Below are positions 28,470-37,699 of a DNA stretch of 64,000 nt, piece after piece. The position numbers and the translations under genes are program-made. How positions within the stretch are numbered: position 1 is the first letter of the stretch; the number at the start of each line of letters is the position of its first letter. Below the pieces are notes generated by a model. The model made no database searches. It saw nothing but the letters and a program-made list of their open reading frames with translations, and was not told the origin of the DNA. Source of the DNA: a virus; the IMG/VR virus record IMGVR_UViG_3300012933_000155, positions 32,001 through 96,000 of that record; one strand, given 5' to 3'.

Positions 28470-28727
28470 TTAGACGTTGGGGTCAGCTTGGTATGCTTCT
28501 TCCCATTTTGCAATGCACTTGATTGCCCACTCGGGAAGTTCAGATATATCCTCATTAGATACAAATGGACTTCGATATTCAATGTGCCCTGCATTGTTTA
28601 ACCATTGCAGTGCGTGAACGTCTTCGGGAATGCCGCACTGTGAAAAATCTAACGGCAAGTAAGTGTCTAAGTCTAAGTATACTGCCCCATCGTCAACGAT
28701 GATGCTAACTCTGTTACTTTCTATCAT
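28470..28727 (-). CDS. Hypothetical tail-associated protein
   Basis: CGIPEDVHALQW motif; operon position. Confidence 0.65.
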   Translation of the reverse strand: MIESNRVSIIVDDGAVYLDLDTYLPLDFSQCGIPEDVHALQWLNNAGHIEYRSPFVSNEDISELPEWAIKCIAKWEEAYQADPNV

Positions 28728-28728
28728 A

Positions 28729-29205
28729 TTATTCCTTAGATGCTAGAATGAAATCTATGTATTTTACAGCGAAGCCGGTGGGATTACCTACTACTGTCCC
28801 TGATCCTACTTGAATTCCGTGACTGTGTACCCCGGTGCCAGTGCTCACCCCGGACGTTGTTATACCCATTCCAGTAACTAAATATTGTCCTGCTAGTGGG
28901 TTCGCTGGGTATGAAATCATAATAGCGCCGTTAAACCTAACAGTTGTGTAACTATAAGTGTGTTGGTGCGCCGGTAAATCTGCCACTGCAGGCGCAACTG
29001 AACCATTAACGTCTGTTATAGTTCCATCCCATGTAGAATCAACTAATGCGGTAGTAGCAGGGTTTAGTCCGCGAAGTGTCCCGCCGGTAATCCCCGAAGT
29101 GACACATAATGTGTAATCATCTTGGCTAGCTGTATCTTTAACCCATCCAGTCGGGGCTATAGTTTGATTGAAAAATGTCTTAGTGGTTCTGACAAACGCT
29201 CCCAT
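28729..29205 (-). CDS. Short tail-collar/fibre-tip-like paralog C
   Basis: APTGWVKD...HxH...HxH...FAVKYIDFIL. Confidence 0.65.
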   Translation of the reverse strand: MGAFVRTTKTFFNQTIAPTGWVKDTASQDDYTLCVTSGITGGTLRGLNPATTALVDSTWDGTITDVNGSVAPAVADLPAHQHTYSYTTVRFNGAIMISYPANPLAGQYLVTGMGITTSGVSTGTGVHSHGIQVGSGTVVGNPTGFAVKYIDFILASKE

Positions 29206-29206
29206 A

Positions 29207-29719
29207 TTAATTCCTTTGACCTAATATTACATCAACATAGTTGATAGCAAAGTCTCTAGTTGCTCCGGTAACCGGACCGTTTAATGATGCGGGTGTTGAG
29301 ATAGAGTGAGTATGACCCTGTCCGCCACCTGCCGGGTTAGTACTTGCACCAGTTGGTCCAAACGTTGGTCCAGGCCAAGTATAAAGACTCTGTGTTGGCG
29401 CAGGCAACGTGGGCGGCTTCGAATAAGTAGGTCCAGCCGCCCTAGATGCAGGTCCTGATGAGAGTCTTGCACTAGAATTATGTGAATGCCCAGCGGCACT
29501 AGAAATTGAATTATCAGATGCTATTGTAAGACTTCTAGTTCCTGATGCAGTTTTACTAACAAATGCAGAACTAAAGGGAGTTGAACCACCTGAACCAACT
29601 GTACCTGTCGTTACACGAAGGATGCAGTCGTCAACACCTGAAGTTATTTGAGTCCAACCTACAGGCACAGTCGCCATAAAAAATTTTGTAATTGATGTAC
29701 TTGGTATAGATGGTTGCAT
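29207..29719 (-). CDS. Short tail-collar/fibre-tip-like paralog B
   Basis: VPVGWTQ...HSH...HTH...FAINYVDVIL. Confidence 0.65.
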   Translation of the reverse strand: MQPSIPSTSITKFFMATVPVGWTQITSGVDDCILRVTTGTVGSGGSTPFSSAFVSKTASGTRSLTIASDNSISSAAGHSHNSSARLSSGPASRAAGPTYSKPPTLPAPTQSLYTWPGPTFGPTGASTNPAGGGQGHTHSISTPASLNGPVTGATRDFAINYVDVILGQRN

Positions 29720-29720
29720 A

Positions 29721-30284
29721 TTAATGATACTTTGCTATGAGTACGTCTTTGTATTTGATGTTGAAATTGAACGGACTGCTGTATGTGATTGAAGTAACTG
29801 ATCCTGAAGTATGAGCATGTCCACCGCCAGAACCCGCCATGCCACCGGCTGCTGCCGGATAGGCATTAACTGGGTTCACGATTCCAGTGAACGGGGAACC
29901 AGGGCCCGAACCAGGCCATCCCGTTGTGTAACCTGATAAACTCGCTCCACCGCTTGCACCCGATGAATGAGAATGGGTTCCCATTTGCGCCACACTGAGA
30001 GTTGCGGTTTGCGCCGTTACAGGCCAATCACCGCTCTCAGGTGAATATAATTCTGAACTTGTACTCATTACTGTAGAAAACGGTTGATTAGACGAAGTAG
30101 CAACACCACCGGTGCCACTTACTACTCTTAAAGCGTAATCATTATAAGTTGTGTTTTTAATCCAACCAGCAGGTGCTGCAGGCTGTGCGAAAATCATTGA
30201 TGCCCCGATGTATTCGGGCTCAAGGCTTGACGCCACAATTGATGATAAGCCTACAAATCCTTGTATAGAGTTAATACGTCCCAT
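29721..30284 (-). CDS. Short tail-collar/fibre-tip-like paralog A
   Basis: APAGWIKN...HSH...HAH...FNIKYKDVLI. Confidence 0.65.
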   Translation of the reverse strand: MGRINSIQGFVGLSSIVASSLEPEYIGASMIFAQPAAPAGWIKNTTYNDYALRVVSGTGGVATSSNQPFSTVMSTSSELYSPESGDWPVTAQTATLSVAQMGTHSHSSGASGGASLSGYTTGWPGSGPGSPFTGIVNPVNAYPAAAGGMAGSGGGHAHTSGSVTSITYSSPFNFNIKYKDVLIAKYH

Positions 30285-30293
30285 AGTTTATAT

Positions 30294-32279
30294 TTATAGG
30301 AAAAATGATGAAGACCCTAAAATTTGCACCCAAGCACTACCGGCTCTCAATAATGCAAACGAGAATACATCTATACCGTTTGATGTACCAGAAGGAGCAC
30401 TCCCCGATGACCACTTGAGTGTTTGTGTTACCCCATCGATTTGAATTGTGCTAGGTACATAAGGAGTAGCACCTTGAACTGCGATGATAGTCACGACAAT
30501 TGACCTACCGTCAGTTGTTGGCACGTTTGTAAAGTTTGCAGTCCAGTTTGCACCTGATGTTACACTACTGTGATAAAAAGATGCTCCAGTCAACAAATTG
30601 TATGTTGCACTAGTGCTTGACAATGCACCTGAAGCAACTAAAATTTCAGTAGATTGCTGTGAAGTCAACCACCCACTAAATGAAGCGTTAGTGTTTGCAT
30701 TGATGTTTGCAACGTTAGCGTTACCCGACACAGAAACAGAAGTTAATATACCCACTGATGTGATGTTAGGTTGCGCCGCTGTTGAGACTGTACTAGCATA
30801 ACCATCAATGCTAGAGATGCCAGTTAATGCCTGTGTGCCACTTGCACGATTTAGAGTAATACCTGTAGTACCAATATAATGTGTGCTGTTACCCAAGATA
30901 CTTGATGGGATAGTACCCGATGAAATATTACTTGCATTTAATGCAGATAGCAACGAGCCGTTACCACTGATATAAGAAGCACTTACTAAGTTACCACCTG
31001 AGATTTGCGATGCTGTACCACTCATTGTGATGTTGCCGTTGGCGGCGAATGTCAAACCAGTGAATGAAGTGCTGACTGAGGTGATGTTAGGCTGAAGTGC
31101 TGTTGTTAGCGTACCCTCTAAGTAAGTCGCCTTTGTTAGATTGCCGCCGTCTATGTTACCGGCGATGACGTTTCCAGTGAATGTACCCGCACCTACTACA
31201 TCCAATTCAACAGTTGGTGCTGCTTTCTTTACACCAATTCGTCTGTTAATTAAATCGACCGTCATAGTTGGGGTACCCGAGAACCATGGTGAGAAATTGA
31301 TAACATTGGCAGAACCGTTCACACCGTTGCCTGCTTGGATGTAAGTTGAGCCACCTGACTCAACTAATCTCATTCTAGTCCCGCCTGTTGCTAAGTTACC
31401 TAAAACAACCTCACCGTTGATGTTGGCTCCTGTCAACGTACCAACACTAGTGATGTTAGGTTGAGCTGATGAAGATACAGTAGGTGCATAACCGTCGATG
31501 CTAGTAATCCCTGTCAATGATTGAGCACCACTTGCTCTGTTTAACGTAATGCCTGTAGTGCCTATGTAATGTGTACTGTTACCCAAGATACTTGATGGGA
31601 TAGTTCCGGTCGCAATGTTGCTTGCGTTTACGTTAGAAACTAAACCACCGTCAACACTAATTCGGTGAGTAGAAACAAAAGCATTTGATGTGCCGTTGTA
31701 CGTGAAGTTAGCACCGGCGCCGTTAATAGTGATACCCGCGCCATCTGCCTGAATACTGGTTGTTGCGTTTTTTGCTAGAACTAGAGAGGAATCAGCTATC
31801 TCTAATACAGTTGAATTAATTATAGTAGATGTACCACTGACAGATAAGTTACCTGTGAGATACAAGTTACCACCAACTGTGGCGTCATTTGTGACTGCTA
31901 AACTTGTTAAAGTACCTAAACTCGTGATTTGTGGCTGACTTGCAGTTAACACGGTGCCAGTGACGCTACCCACAACAGGACCAGTGTGAGTACCAGCAGT
32001 GTTACCGGTGATGTTTGCTACTACTGTGTCGGTTGTAAGAGTTTGTGTTGATTTGTTGAATGTTAAGTTTGCACTAGCATCAAAATTGTTATTTGTATTA
32101 AACTGCACTTGGGATGATGCCCCAGCCGCTTGTTGCAAGTCCCATGCTACCCCGTTTGCATAGAGCAAGTTGTTAGTTTTAACATTCCCTGCATCGACAT
32201 TGCCCTGAACAGCAACATTTGCCATGCTGAATGGGTCAAGGATGTTTATACTTGTGGGTTTAATTCTAGTTAGTGCCAT
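30294..32279 (-). CDS. Tail-fibre-like protein with ~65-aa internal duplication
   Basis: Two copies of NASNIxxGTIPSSILGNSTHYIGTTGITLNRASG; several QPNITSVG units. Confidence 0.75.
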   Translation of the reverse strand: MALTRIKPTSINILDPFSMANVAVQGNVDAGNVKTNNLLYANGVAWDLQQAAGASSQVQFNTNNNFDASANLTFNKSTQTLTTDTVVANITGNTAGTHTGPVVGSVTGTVLTASQPQITSLGTLTSLAVTNDATVGGNLYLTGNLSVSGTSTIINSTVLEIADSSLVLAKNATTSIQADGAGITINGAGANFTYNGTSNAFVSTHRISVDGGLVSNVNASNIATGTIPSSILGNSTHYIGTTGITLNRASGAQSLTGITSIDGYAPTVSSSAQPNITSVGTLTGANINGEVVLGNLATGGTRMRLVESGGSTYIQAGNGVNGSANVINFSPWFSGTPTMTVDLINRRIGVKKAAPTVELDVVGAGTFTGNVIAGNIDGGNLTKATYLEGTLTTALQPNITSVSTSFTGLTFAANGNITMSGTASQISGGNLVSASYISGNGSLLSALNASNISSGTIPSSILGNSTHYIGTTGITLNRASGTQALTGISSIDGYASTVSTAAQPNITSVGILTSVSVSGNANVANINANTNASFSGWLTSQQSTEILVASGALSSTSATYNLLTGASFYHSSVTSGANWTANFTNVPTTDGRSIVVTIIAVQGATPYVPSTIQIDGVTQTLKWSSGSAPSGTSNGIDVFSFALLRAGSAWVQILGSSSFFL

Positions 32280-32318
32280 TGGGTTTTCCTGTAATACTTA
32301 GTATTTAGCTTTTTGGGC

Positions 32319-32347
32319 TTGACAATAAATCCAAATCCTGATATACT
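32319..32347 (+). promoter_or_regulatory. Sigma70-type early promoter
   Basis: TTGACA-17nt-TATACT. Confidence 0.85.
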
Positions 32348-32353
32348 ACGTAC

Positions 32354-32812
32354 ATGGAAATCAAAATTGTTTCACGTTCTAATGCTCGTAAACTTACGAT
32401 TGACTTAGCCACTAAGTTCTTGCGTAAGGAGCTTAAATTAGAACGTAGTACTTACGTACTAACTATCCATACTATGTCAGGATTGCGTAAGCATGAGGGG
32501 TATAATGGTGTAGTTGCCCAGACAAACGACCGTGAAATCACTATGATGCTTGACAGTCGTTTGGGTGAGGCTGACTTAATTCAATGCGTTTCACATGAAA
32601 TGGTTCACGTGAAGCAAATTGCGAAAGGTCAACTTACTATTGATACCCGAAATAACCAACTTTGGTTAGGACAACGTGTCAATAAAGTTTACCATGAACG
32701 CCCCTGGGAACAGGAAGCCTTCAGCCGTGAGCGTTTGTTAGCCGCCCGAGCCCTTAACTTTTGCGAAAAAGAATTGGGCAAGATGGTTAAGAAACTATCA
32801 AAAAATGTTTGA
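32354..32812 (+). CDS. HExxH zinc-metallopeptidase-like protein
   Basis: SHEMVHVKQ...PWEQEAF. Confidence 0.7.
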   Translation: MEIKIVSRSNARKLTIDLATKFLRKELKLERSTYVLTIHTMSGLRKHEGYNGVVAQTNDREITMMLDSRLGEADLIQCVSHEMVHVKQIAKGQLTIDTRNNQLWLGQRVNKVYHERPWEQEAFSRERLLAARALNFCEKELGKMVKKLSKNV

Positions 32813-32837
32813 CAAATAATCCAATCTGTCATATAAT
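32809..32837 (+). promoter_or_regulatory. Sigma70-type early promoter
   Basis: TTGACA-17nt-TATAAT. Confidence 0.9.
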
Positions 32838-32881
32838 ACAAGTTCTTTCAGTAAATCAACGTCATTAACAGGAGTTAATAA

Positions 32882-34006
32882 ATGGCAAAAACTAGTTCTA
32901 GTGCAGTGAGCGACAATCACACAATCACAGCTATTCAAGCTACCAAGTCTTTGAAGCAAGCTATGAAAGCAAAACGTCCCGTATTCTTGTGGGGCCCTCC
33001 CGGTATCGGTAAGTCTGATGTTGTCCAACAACTCGCAGTTGAACTCGGTGGCTCTAAAGAAGCTATGATTGACTTGCGTATGGCTCAGATGGAACCAACT
33101 GACATTCGCGGTATCCCATTCTTCAACAAAGACAACGGCAAAATGGATTGGGCTGAGCCAGTCGATTTGCCAAGCGAAGAATTCGCAAAACAGTTTAAGA
33201 CAGTGGTCTTGTTCTTGGACGAAATGAACTCAGCACCCCCAGCTGTTCAGGCTGCAGGTTATCAGTTGATTCTTAACCGTCGTGTAGGTAAGTATCGTTT
33301 GCCAGATAACGTTGTTATCATTGCAGCCGGTAACCGCGACAGTGACAAAGGTGTGACATATCGCATGCCAATGCCCCTCGCTAATCGTTTCGTTCACTTA
33401 GAAATGCGCCCTGACTTTGCTTCTTGGCAATTGTGGGCTGTTAACGCAAACATTCACAAAGACGTTGTTGGTTACTTGTCTTTTGCAAAGCAAGACATGT
33501 ACGACTTTGATGCTAAGTCTTCATCACGTGCATTCGCTACACCACGCTCATGGTGCTTCGTGTCCGACTTGTTGAATGACGAAGATAACATTGATAGTGA
33601 TTCATTGTTTAACTTGGTCGCAGGTGCAGTTGGTGATGGTCTTGCTGTTAAGTTTATGGCTCACCGCAAAGTTGCAGGCAAGATGCCCGAGCCAGCAGAC
33701 ATTCTTTCTGGTAAAGTGAAAACTTTGTCTGTGAAAGAAATCTCGGCAATGTACTCATTGACAATTTCAATGTGCTATGAATTGAAAGATGCTATCACTA
33801 ACAAGAAAGTGGACAACAAACAGTTCCACGAAATGGCATATAACTTCATTCAGTACATGATGGACAACTTTGAAACAGAGTTGGTCGTTATGGGTGCTAA
33901 GATTGCGTTGAAGACATATCAACTCCCAATCGAGCCAAGTCAACTCAAGAACTTTGACGAGTTCCACAAGAAGTACGGCAAGTACATCGTTGACGCCGGT
34001 AACTAA
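32882..34006 (+). CDS. MoxR-like AAA+ ATPase
   Basis: GPPGIGKS, LFLDEMN, AAGNR, PLANRF, ATPRSW. Confidence 0.9.
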   Translation: MAKTSSSAVSDNHTITAIQATKSLKQAMKAKRPVFLWGPPGIGKSDVVQQLAVELGGSKEAMIDLRMAQMEPTDIRGIPFFNKDNGKMDWAEPVDLPSEEFAKQFKTVVLFLDEMNSAPPAVQAAGYQLILNRRVGKYRLPDNVVIIAAGNRDSDKGVTYRMPMPLANRFVHLEMRPDFASWQLWAVNANIHKDVVGYLSFAKQDMYDFDAKSSSRAFATPRSWCFVSDLLNDEDNIDSDSLFNLVAGAVGDGLAVKFMAHRKVAGKMPEPADILSGKVKTLSVKEISAMYSLTISMCYELKDAITNKKVDNKQFHEMAYNFIQYMMDNFETELVVMGAKIALKTYQLPIEPSQLKNFDEFHKKYGKYIVDAGN

Positions 34007-34057
34007 TAAAGTTTGTCAATTTAACGATTGACTCCCTAGTGTCGCAAGGCACTTTAA

Positions 34058-34090
34058 GGGTGAGTGTAATATTATGCTCACCCTTTTTTT
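34058..34090 (+). terminator. Rho-independent terminator
   Basis: agggtgag...ctcaccct followed by T-run. Confidence 0.75.
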
Positions 34091-34104
34091 CTTAAAGGTA
34101 TAAA

Positions 34105-34272
34105 ATGGCTACAAAGATTTTGACAGGTAAAATGTACTTCTATTCACTTGGTATGCGCTGCCGAACCAAAGGAATCAGTAAGGATGCTGGAATGGAATTG
34201 TACAAGGTTGATGCGGCATTGCCCTACGCAAGGATCGCATTTGACGCTGGTTTCCGCGGGCTTGCAATTTAA
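34105..34272 (+). CDS. 55-aa hypothetical protein (not in ORF track)
   Basis: MATKILTGKMYFYSLGMRCR...; AAAGG SD. Confidence 0.55.
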   Translation: MATKILTGKMYFYSLGMRCRTKGISKDAGMELYKVDAALPYARIAFDAGFRGLAI

Positions 34273-34290
34273 TCAGACCTGTGTTATAAT
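34262..34290 (+). promoter_or_regulatory. Sigma70-type promoter
   Basis: TTGCAA-17nt-TATAAT. Confidence 0.8.
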
Positions 34291-34313
34291 ATAGTCATTA
34301 AACAGGAGTAAAC

Positions 34314-35585
34314 ATGAGCGAAGTTCTCGACAAATCATCTAAGAAAACTCGTAACAAAAAGTTCGACAATCTTGTAGGTCCCACAGACCCAAAAGTAGAC
34401 CACGATGCACGTGAGCGTCTAGTGTCTGCACGTATCGGTCTCTTGCTACGTCATTCATTCTTTGGTAACTTAGCTACACGAATGAAACTTGTCAACGCAG
34501 ACGAGTGGTGTGGCACAGCGGCTACTGACGGTCAAACGTTCTATTACAACAGCCGCTTCATTATGATGTTGAAGCCGAAAGAAGTTGAATTCTTAGTAGC
34601 CCACGAAGTGTTGCACGTTGTATATGACCATATGGGTCGCCGCAATCATCGTGACCCTCAAATCTGGAACATTGCTGATGACTACTGTGTTAACGCAGAC
34701 TTGAAGCGTCACAAAGTGGGTCAGTTCATCACTACTGTACCTTGCTTGTATGAGCAAAAATATGACGGCAAGCCAGCAGAAGAAGTCTATGATGACTTGA
34801 TGAAGAATGCTCAGAAGATTAGCATGGACGACTTGATTGACCAAATGCTAGACGAGCACATGGATGGCGAAGGTGATGACGGTGATGGTGAAGATGGTGA
34901 CCGCCCAGGTAAGGGTCGTCCTAAACTCACACAAGAAGAAAAAGACCGCATTCGTCAAGAAATGAAGCAGGCGATTATCAACGCCGCACAATCAGCAGAA
35001 GCAGGTACATTGCCTCTAGGTGTTGAGCGTCTTGTTCGAAATGTCACTGACCCAGTCATGCCTTGGCGTGAATTGATTCAGACTAACTTGACCAGTGCTA
35101 TTCGTACTGACTACTCTTGGATGCGTCCAAGTCGTCGGGGCTGGCACATGGATGCAGTTATGCCAGGTATGACACCCGGTGAAGAAATTGACGTTGTTGT
35201 AGCAATCGACATGTCAGGCTCTATTTCAGACAAGCAAGCGCAAGCGTTCTTGGGTGAAGTTGGCGGCATGATGGATGCATTCGATGGCTACAAAGTACAC
35301 ATCTTCTGCTTTGATACTGACTATTACAATCCTCAAGATTTTACATCTGAGAATATGGACTTGATTGATTCTTACGAACCTCAAGGTGGCGGTGGTACTG
35401 ACTTCGATGTTATCTTTGACTACTTGAAAGAAGTCGGCAATGTGCCCAAGCGTTTGATTGTCTTCACTGACGGCTACCCTTGTGGCTCTTGGGGTGATCC
35501 TGACTACTGCGATACTACTTGGATCATTCACGGAGATAAGGACCCGCATCCCCCATTCGGTCAGTTCGCACTCTACGATGAATAA
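34314..35585 (+). CDS. Metallopeptidase-VWA domain protein (DUF2201-like), MoxR partner
   Basis: TAATDG, AHEVLH (HExxH), acidic linker, IDMSGS MIDAS, GGGGTDF, VFTDG. Confidence 0.9.
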   Translation: MSEVLDKSSKKTRNKKFDNLVGPTDPKVDHDARERLVSARIGLLLRHSFFGNLATRMKLVNADEWCGTAATDGQTFYYNSRFIMMLKPKEVEFLVAHEVLHVVYDHMGRRNHRDPQIWNIADDYCVNADLKRHKVGQFITTVPCLYEQKYDGKPAEEVYDDLMKNAQKISMDDLIDQMLDEHMDGEGDDGDGEDGDRPGKGRPKLTQEEKDRIRQEMKQAIINAAQSAEAGTLPLGVERLVRNVTDPVMPWRELIQTNLTSAIRTDYSWMRPSRRGWHMDAVMPGMTPGEEIDVVVAIDMSGSISDKQAQAFLGEVGGMMDAFDGYKVHIFCFDTDYYNPQDFTSENMDLIDSYEPQGGGGTDFDVIFDYLKEVGNVPKRLIVFTDGYPCGSWGDPDYCDTTWIIHGDKDPHPPFGQFALYDE

Positions 35586-35588
35586 GGA

Positions 35589-35720
35589 ATGAGTATGTTT
35601 GAAGTTCTAGGCGAGACTGTGGGTATTGTTATTGCTTTGGTTCTATTGGGAGGCATGATATATGCTTTCTATTGGTTCCTAAAGTACATGCTTGATGGTG
35701 TGCGAAAAAGTGACGATTAA
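35589..35720 (+). CDS. 43-aa single-TM peptide (not in ORF track)
   Basis: MSMFEVLGETVGIVIALVLLGGMIYAFYWF... Confidence 0.5.
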   Translation: MSMFEVLGETVGIVIALVLLGGMIYAFYWFLKYMLDGVRKSDD

Positions 35721-35973
35721 CATACCCATTAACGATGGATATGTGTATGAGAGTCCAGACGGTGGTAATACAATTTACCGCCGTCTTCCTGGTGAGAGTG
35801 AGCGTGAATTGTATTACGAATCACCAAAAATAAAATCATTACATGAAAAATTAATGGAAGATAAGCTGTGGGGCGAGATTCGTAGACTTGCAAAAACGAA
35901 TCATGCATTAAAAGATGCAGTGGATAAAGTAATCACGGTGTACAATTTGGTGAAAGATAATGAAAGAACTTAA
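35710..35973 (+). CDS. Hypothetical protein (YESPDGGxTIYRR)
   Basis: ORF; GTG start inferred. Confidence 0.65.
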   Translation: MTINIPINDGYVYESPDGGNTIYRRLPGESERELYYESPKIKSLHEKLMEDKLWGEIRRLAKTNHALKDAVDKVITVYNLVKDNERT

Positions 35974-36229
35974 CCCAATCGCTTGGTTCGGGACCCGAGA
36001 AACATTAACTGTCCCCAGACATTTTGTTAAAGCTAGTACACCACGTACTGATGAATCATATCAATGGGTTCTTACCAAATTGCAAGGTAGATTTTGTGTC
36101 TCGACTGATATGAAATCATCCAATGCCGTACTTGACTTTTCCCAATATTTCTATTTTGAAGATAGCGGTGAAGCAATGATGTATGAATTGCGCTGGTCAG
36201 GACACTCAGGAAATAATTCACTGTTCTAA
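35960..36229 (+). CDS. Dispersed L[RK]W-family small protein
   Basis: FYFEDSGEAMMYELRWS. Confidence 0.7.
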   Translation: MKELNPIAWFGTRETLTVPRHFVKASTPRTDESYQWVLTKLQGRFCVSTDMKSSNAVLDFSQYFYFEDSGEAMMYELRWSGHSGNNSLF

Positions 36230-36274
36230 ACTCATAGTAAATATCACTAGCCGAATGGCATAAGGAGATATAAT

Positions 36275-36952
36275 ATGAGTTTTTTACGACATGTAGGTAA
36301 ACATGGTGATAGAAAAGTAGCAATCGTTTTCAGAGAGCTACCAGGCGAAGAACACATGTGTTTGGTAGTTTATACTGAGACATTGAATCGTCACATCCAT
36401 GACCCAATGATGAAGTGCATCGAAAGTCAAATTGGACAAGCAAGTGAAAATCTTGCAGACGCATTGAACCGCTTTCACACAGACGACGGTAAGTTCATTT
36501 TGCAAGTTTTGCACAAGCAAGGTTTGTTGCGTAAAGTTCAAACTGAACAAGTTACGATGACACCAAACACAACTACTAAAATCAACTTGTCCGAGTTGAA
36601 CAAAATTTTAGATGATATGGCTGGCGCAGAAAACGCCACTAAGAAATTAGCTGAAATGGATGCTCAAGCAACGAAGGGTACTAAACCATCTGAGGTTGCA
36701 AAAGCAATGCGTAACACACCACCAGTGACAACACCTGCACAAGGTATTTTAGCTGATGACCAAATCGCAAACAATTTACGTAGCCAAGCTCAACGCATGG
36801 AAGCAGAAGCAAAGGGTTTGTTAGCAGAAGCACAACGCTTGATGACCGAAGCCGCAGAAATGACAGGAGTTCCTCTTGCAACAGCACCCGCAGAACCGGT
36901 AAAACGAGGACGTGGTCGACCACCAAAGGTACAAGCAACAGCAACGGCGTAA
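36275..36952 (+). CDS. Hypothetical protein with coiled coil and C-terminal AT-hook
   Basis: KRGRGRPPK; TAAATA and AAGGAG upstream. Confidence 0.75.
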   Translation: MSFLRHVGKHGDRKVAIVFRELPGEEHMCLVVYTETLNRHIHDPMMKCIESQIGQASENLADALNRFHTDDGKFILQVLHKQGLLRKVQTEQVTMTPNTTTKINLSELNKILDDMAGAENATKKLAEMDAQATKGTKPSEVAKAMRNTPPVTTPAQGILADDQIANNLRSQAQRMEAEAKGLLAEAQRLMTEAAEMTGVPLATAPAEPVKRGRGRPPKVQATATA

Positions 36953-36953
36953 C

Positions 36954-37256
36954 ATGACACCTGATTTTTTGAGTAAGTGGTCTCACGTACTTGAAGGTGT
37001 GGATAAGACAACTTCCCCGGTCCCGCCTGAGTTCATTAGAAAAATTGTCGTTAAGTTAGTAGGCAAGAAACAGCATACTATTAACATACAAAATCTATAC
37101 AAACAAAGTTTATGTACGGAAGAAATTGAAGAAGTTGTAAGTAGAAAATTAAATGAGCTTGACCCATTGATTGTAAACATAGAAATTATTTTAGATTTAG
37201 AATCGATTGCGAATACAGTTCAACCACACACAGACAATCTATTAGGAAAATTATGA
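36954..37256 (+). CDS. Hypothetical protein
   Basis: Start at ATG 36954; ATGA overlap with DHFR. Confidence 0.7.
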   Translation: MTPDFLSKWSHVLEGVDKTTSPVPPEFIRKIVVKLVGKKQHTINIQNLYKQSLCTEEIEEVVSRKLNELDPLIVNIEIILDLESIANTVQPHTDNLLGKL

Positions 37257-37699
37257 AGTTAATTATAGCCTTTGATCCTAAAGGAGGAATTGGTTATAAT
37301 GGTACATTGCCCTGGACTAACCTCCAGGGCGATTTACCTAGATTCAAGGAGTTAACGACCGGCAAGAGTATTGTTATGGGTCGTGCTACTTGGGACAGTC
37401 TACCAAAGAAGCCCTTACCAAACAGAACCAATTATGTGTTCTCACATGCTCCTCTTGATGGTGCAATTACATTAACCGATCCAGTGTATCTAAGTTCAGT
37501 ATCAGATGCTTGGGTCATCGGTGGTGCTAAAGTGATTGAAACATGTTGGGACTATATTGACGAGATACATGTTTCAAGAGCTTTCACCGAATACACTTGC
37601 GATACTTTCATTGATATAGTAAAATTAGAAAAAGAATTTATGTGTTGGCAGAAAGAAGATTTTGCCGACCACTCTTATGAAATTTGGAAAAGAAAATGA
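37253..37699 (+). CDS. folA: Dihydrofolate reductase
   Basis: GIGYNGTLPW, VMGRATWDSLP, PLPNR, VIGGA. Confidence 0.95.
   Translation: MKLIIAFDPKGGIGYNGTLPWTNLQGDLPRFKELTTGKSIVMGRATWDSLPKKPLPNRTNYVFSHAPLDGAITLTDPVYLSSVSDAWVIGGAKVIETCWDYIDEIHVSRAFTEYTCDTFIDIVKLEKEFMCWQKEDFADHSYEIWKRK

Noticed and set aside
23796-32279. Diversity-generating retroelement in fibre repeats
   Set aside because: No reverse transcriptase in the window; repeat differences are mostly synonymous and not adenine-specific
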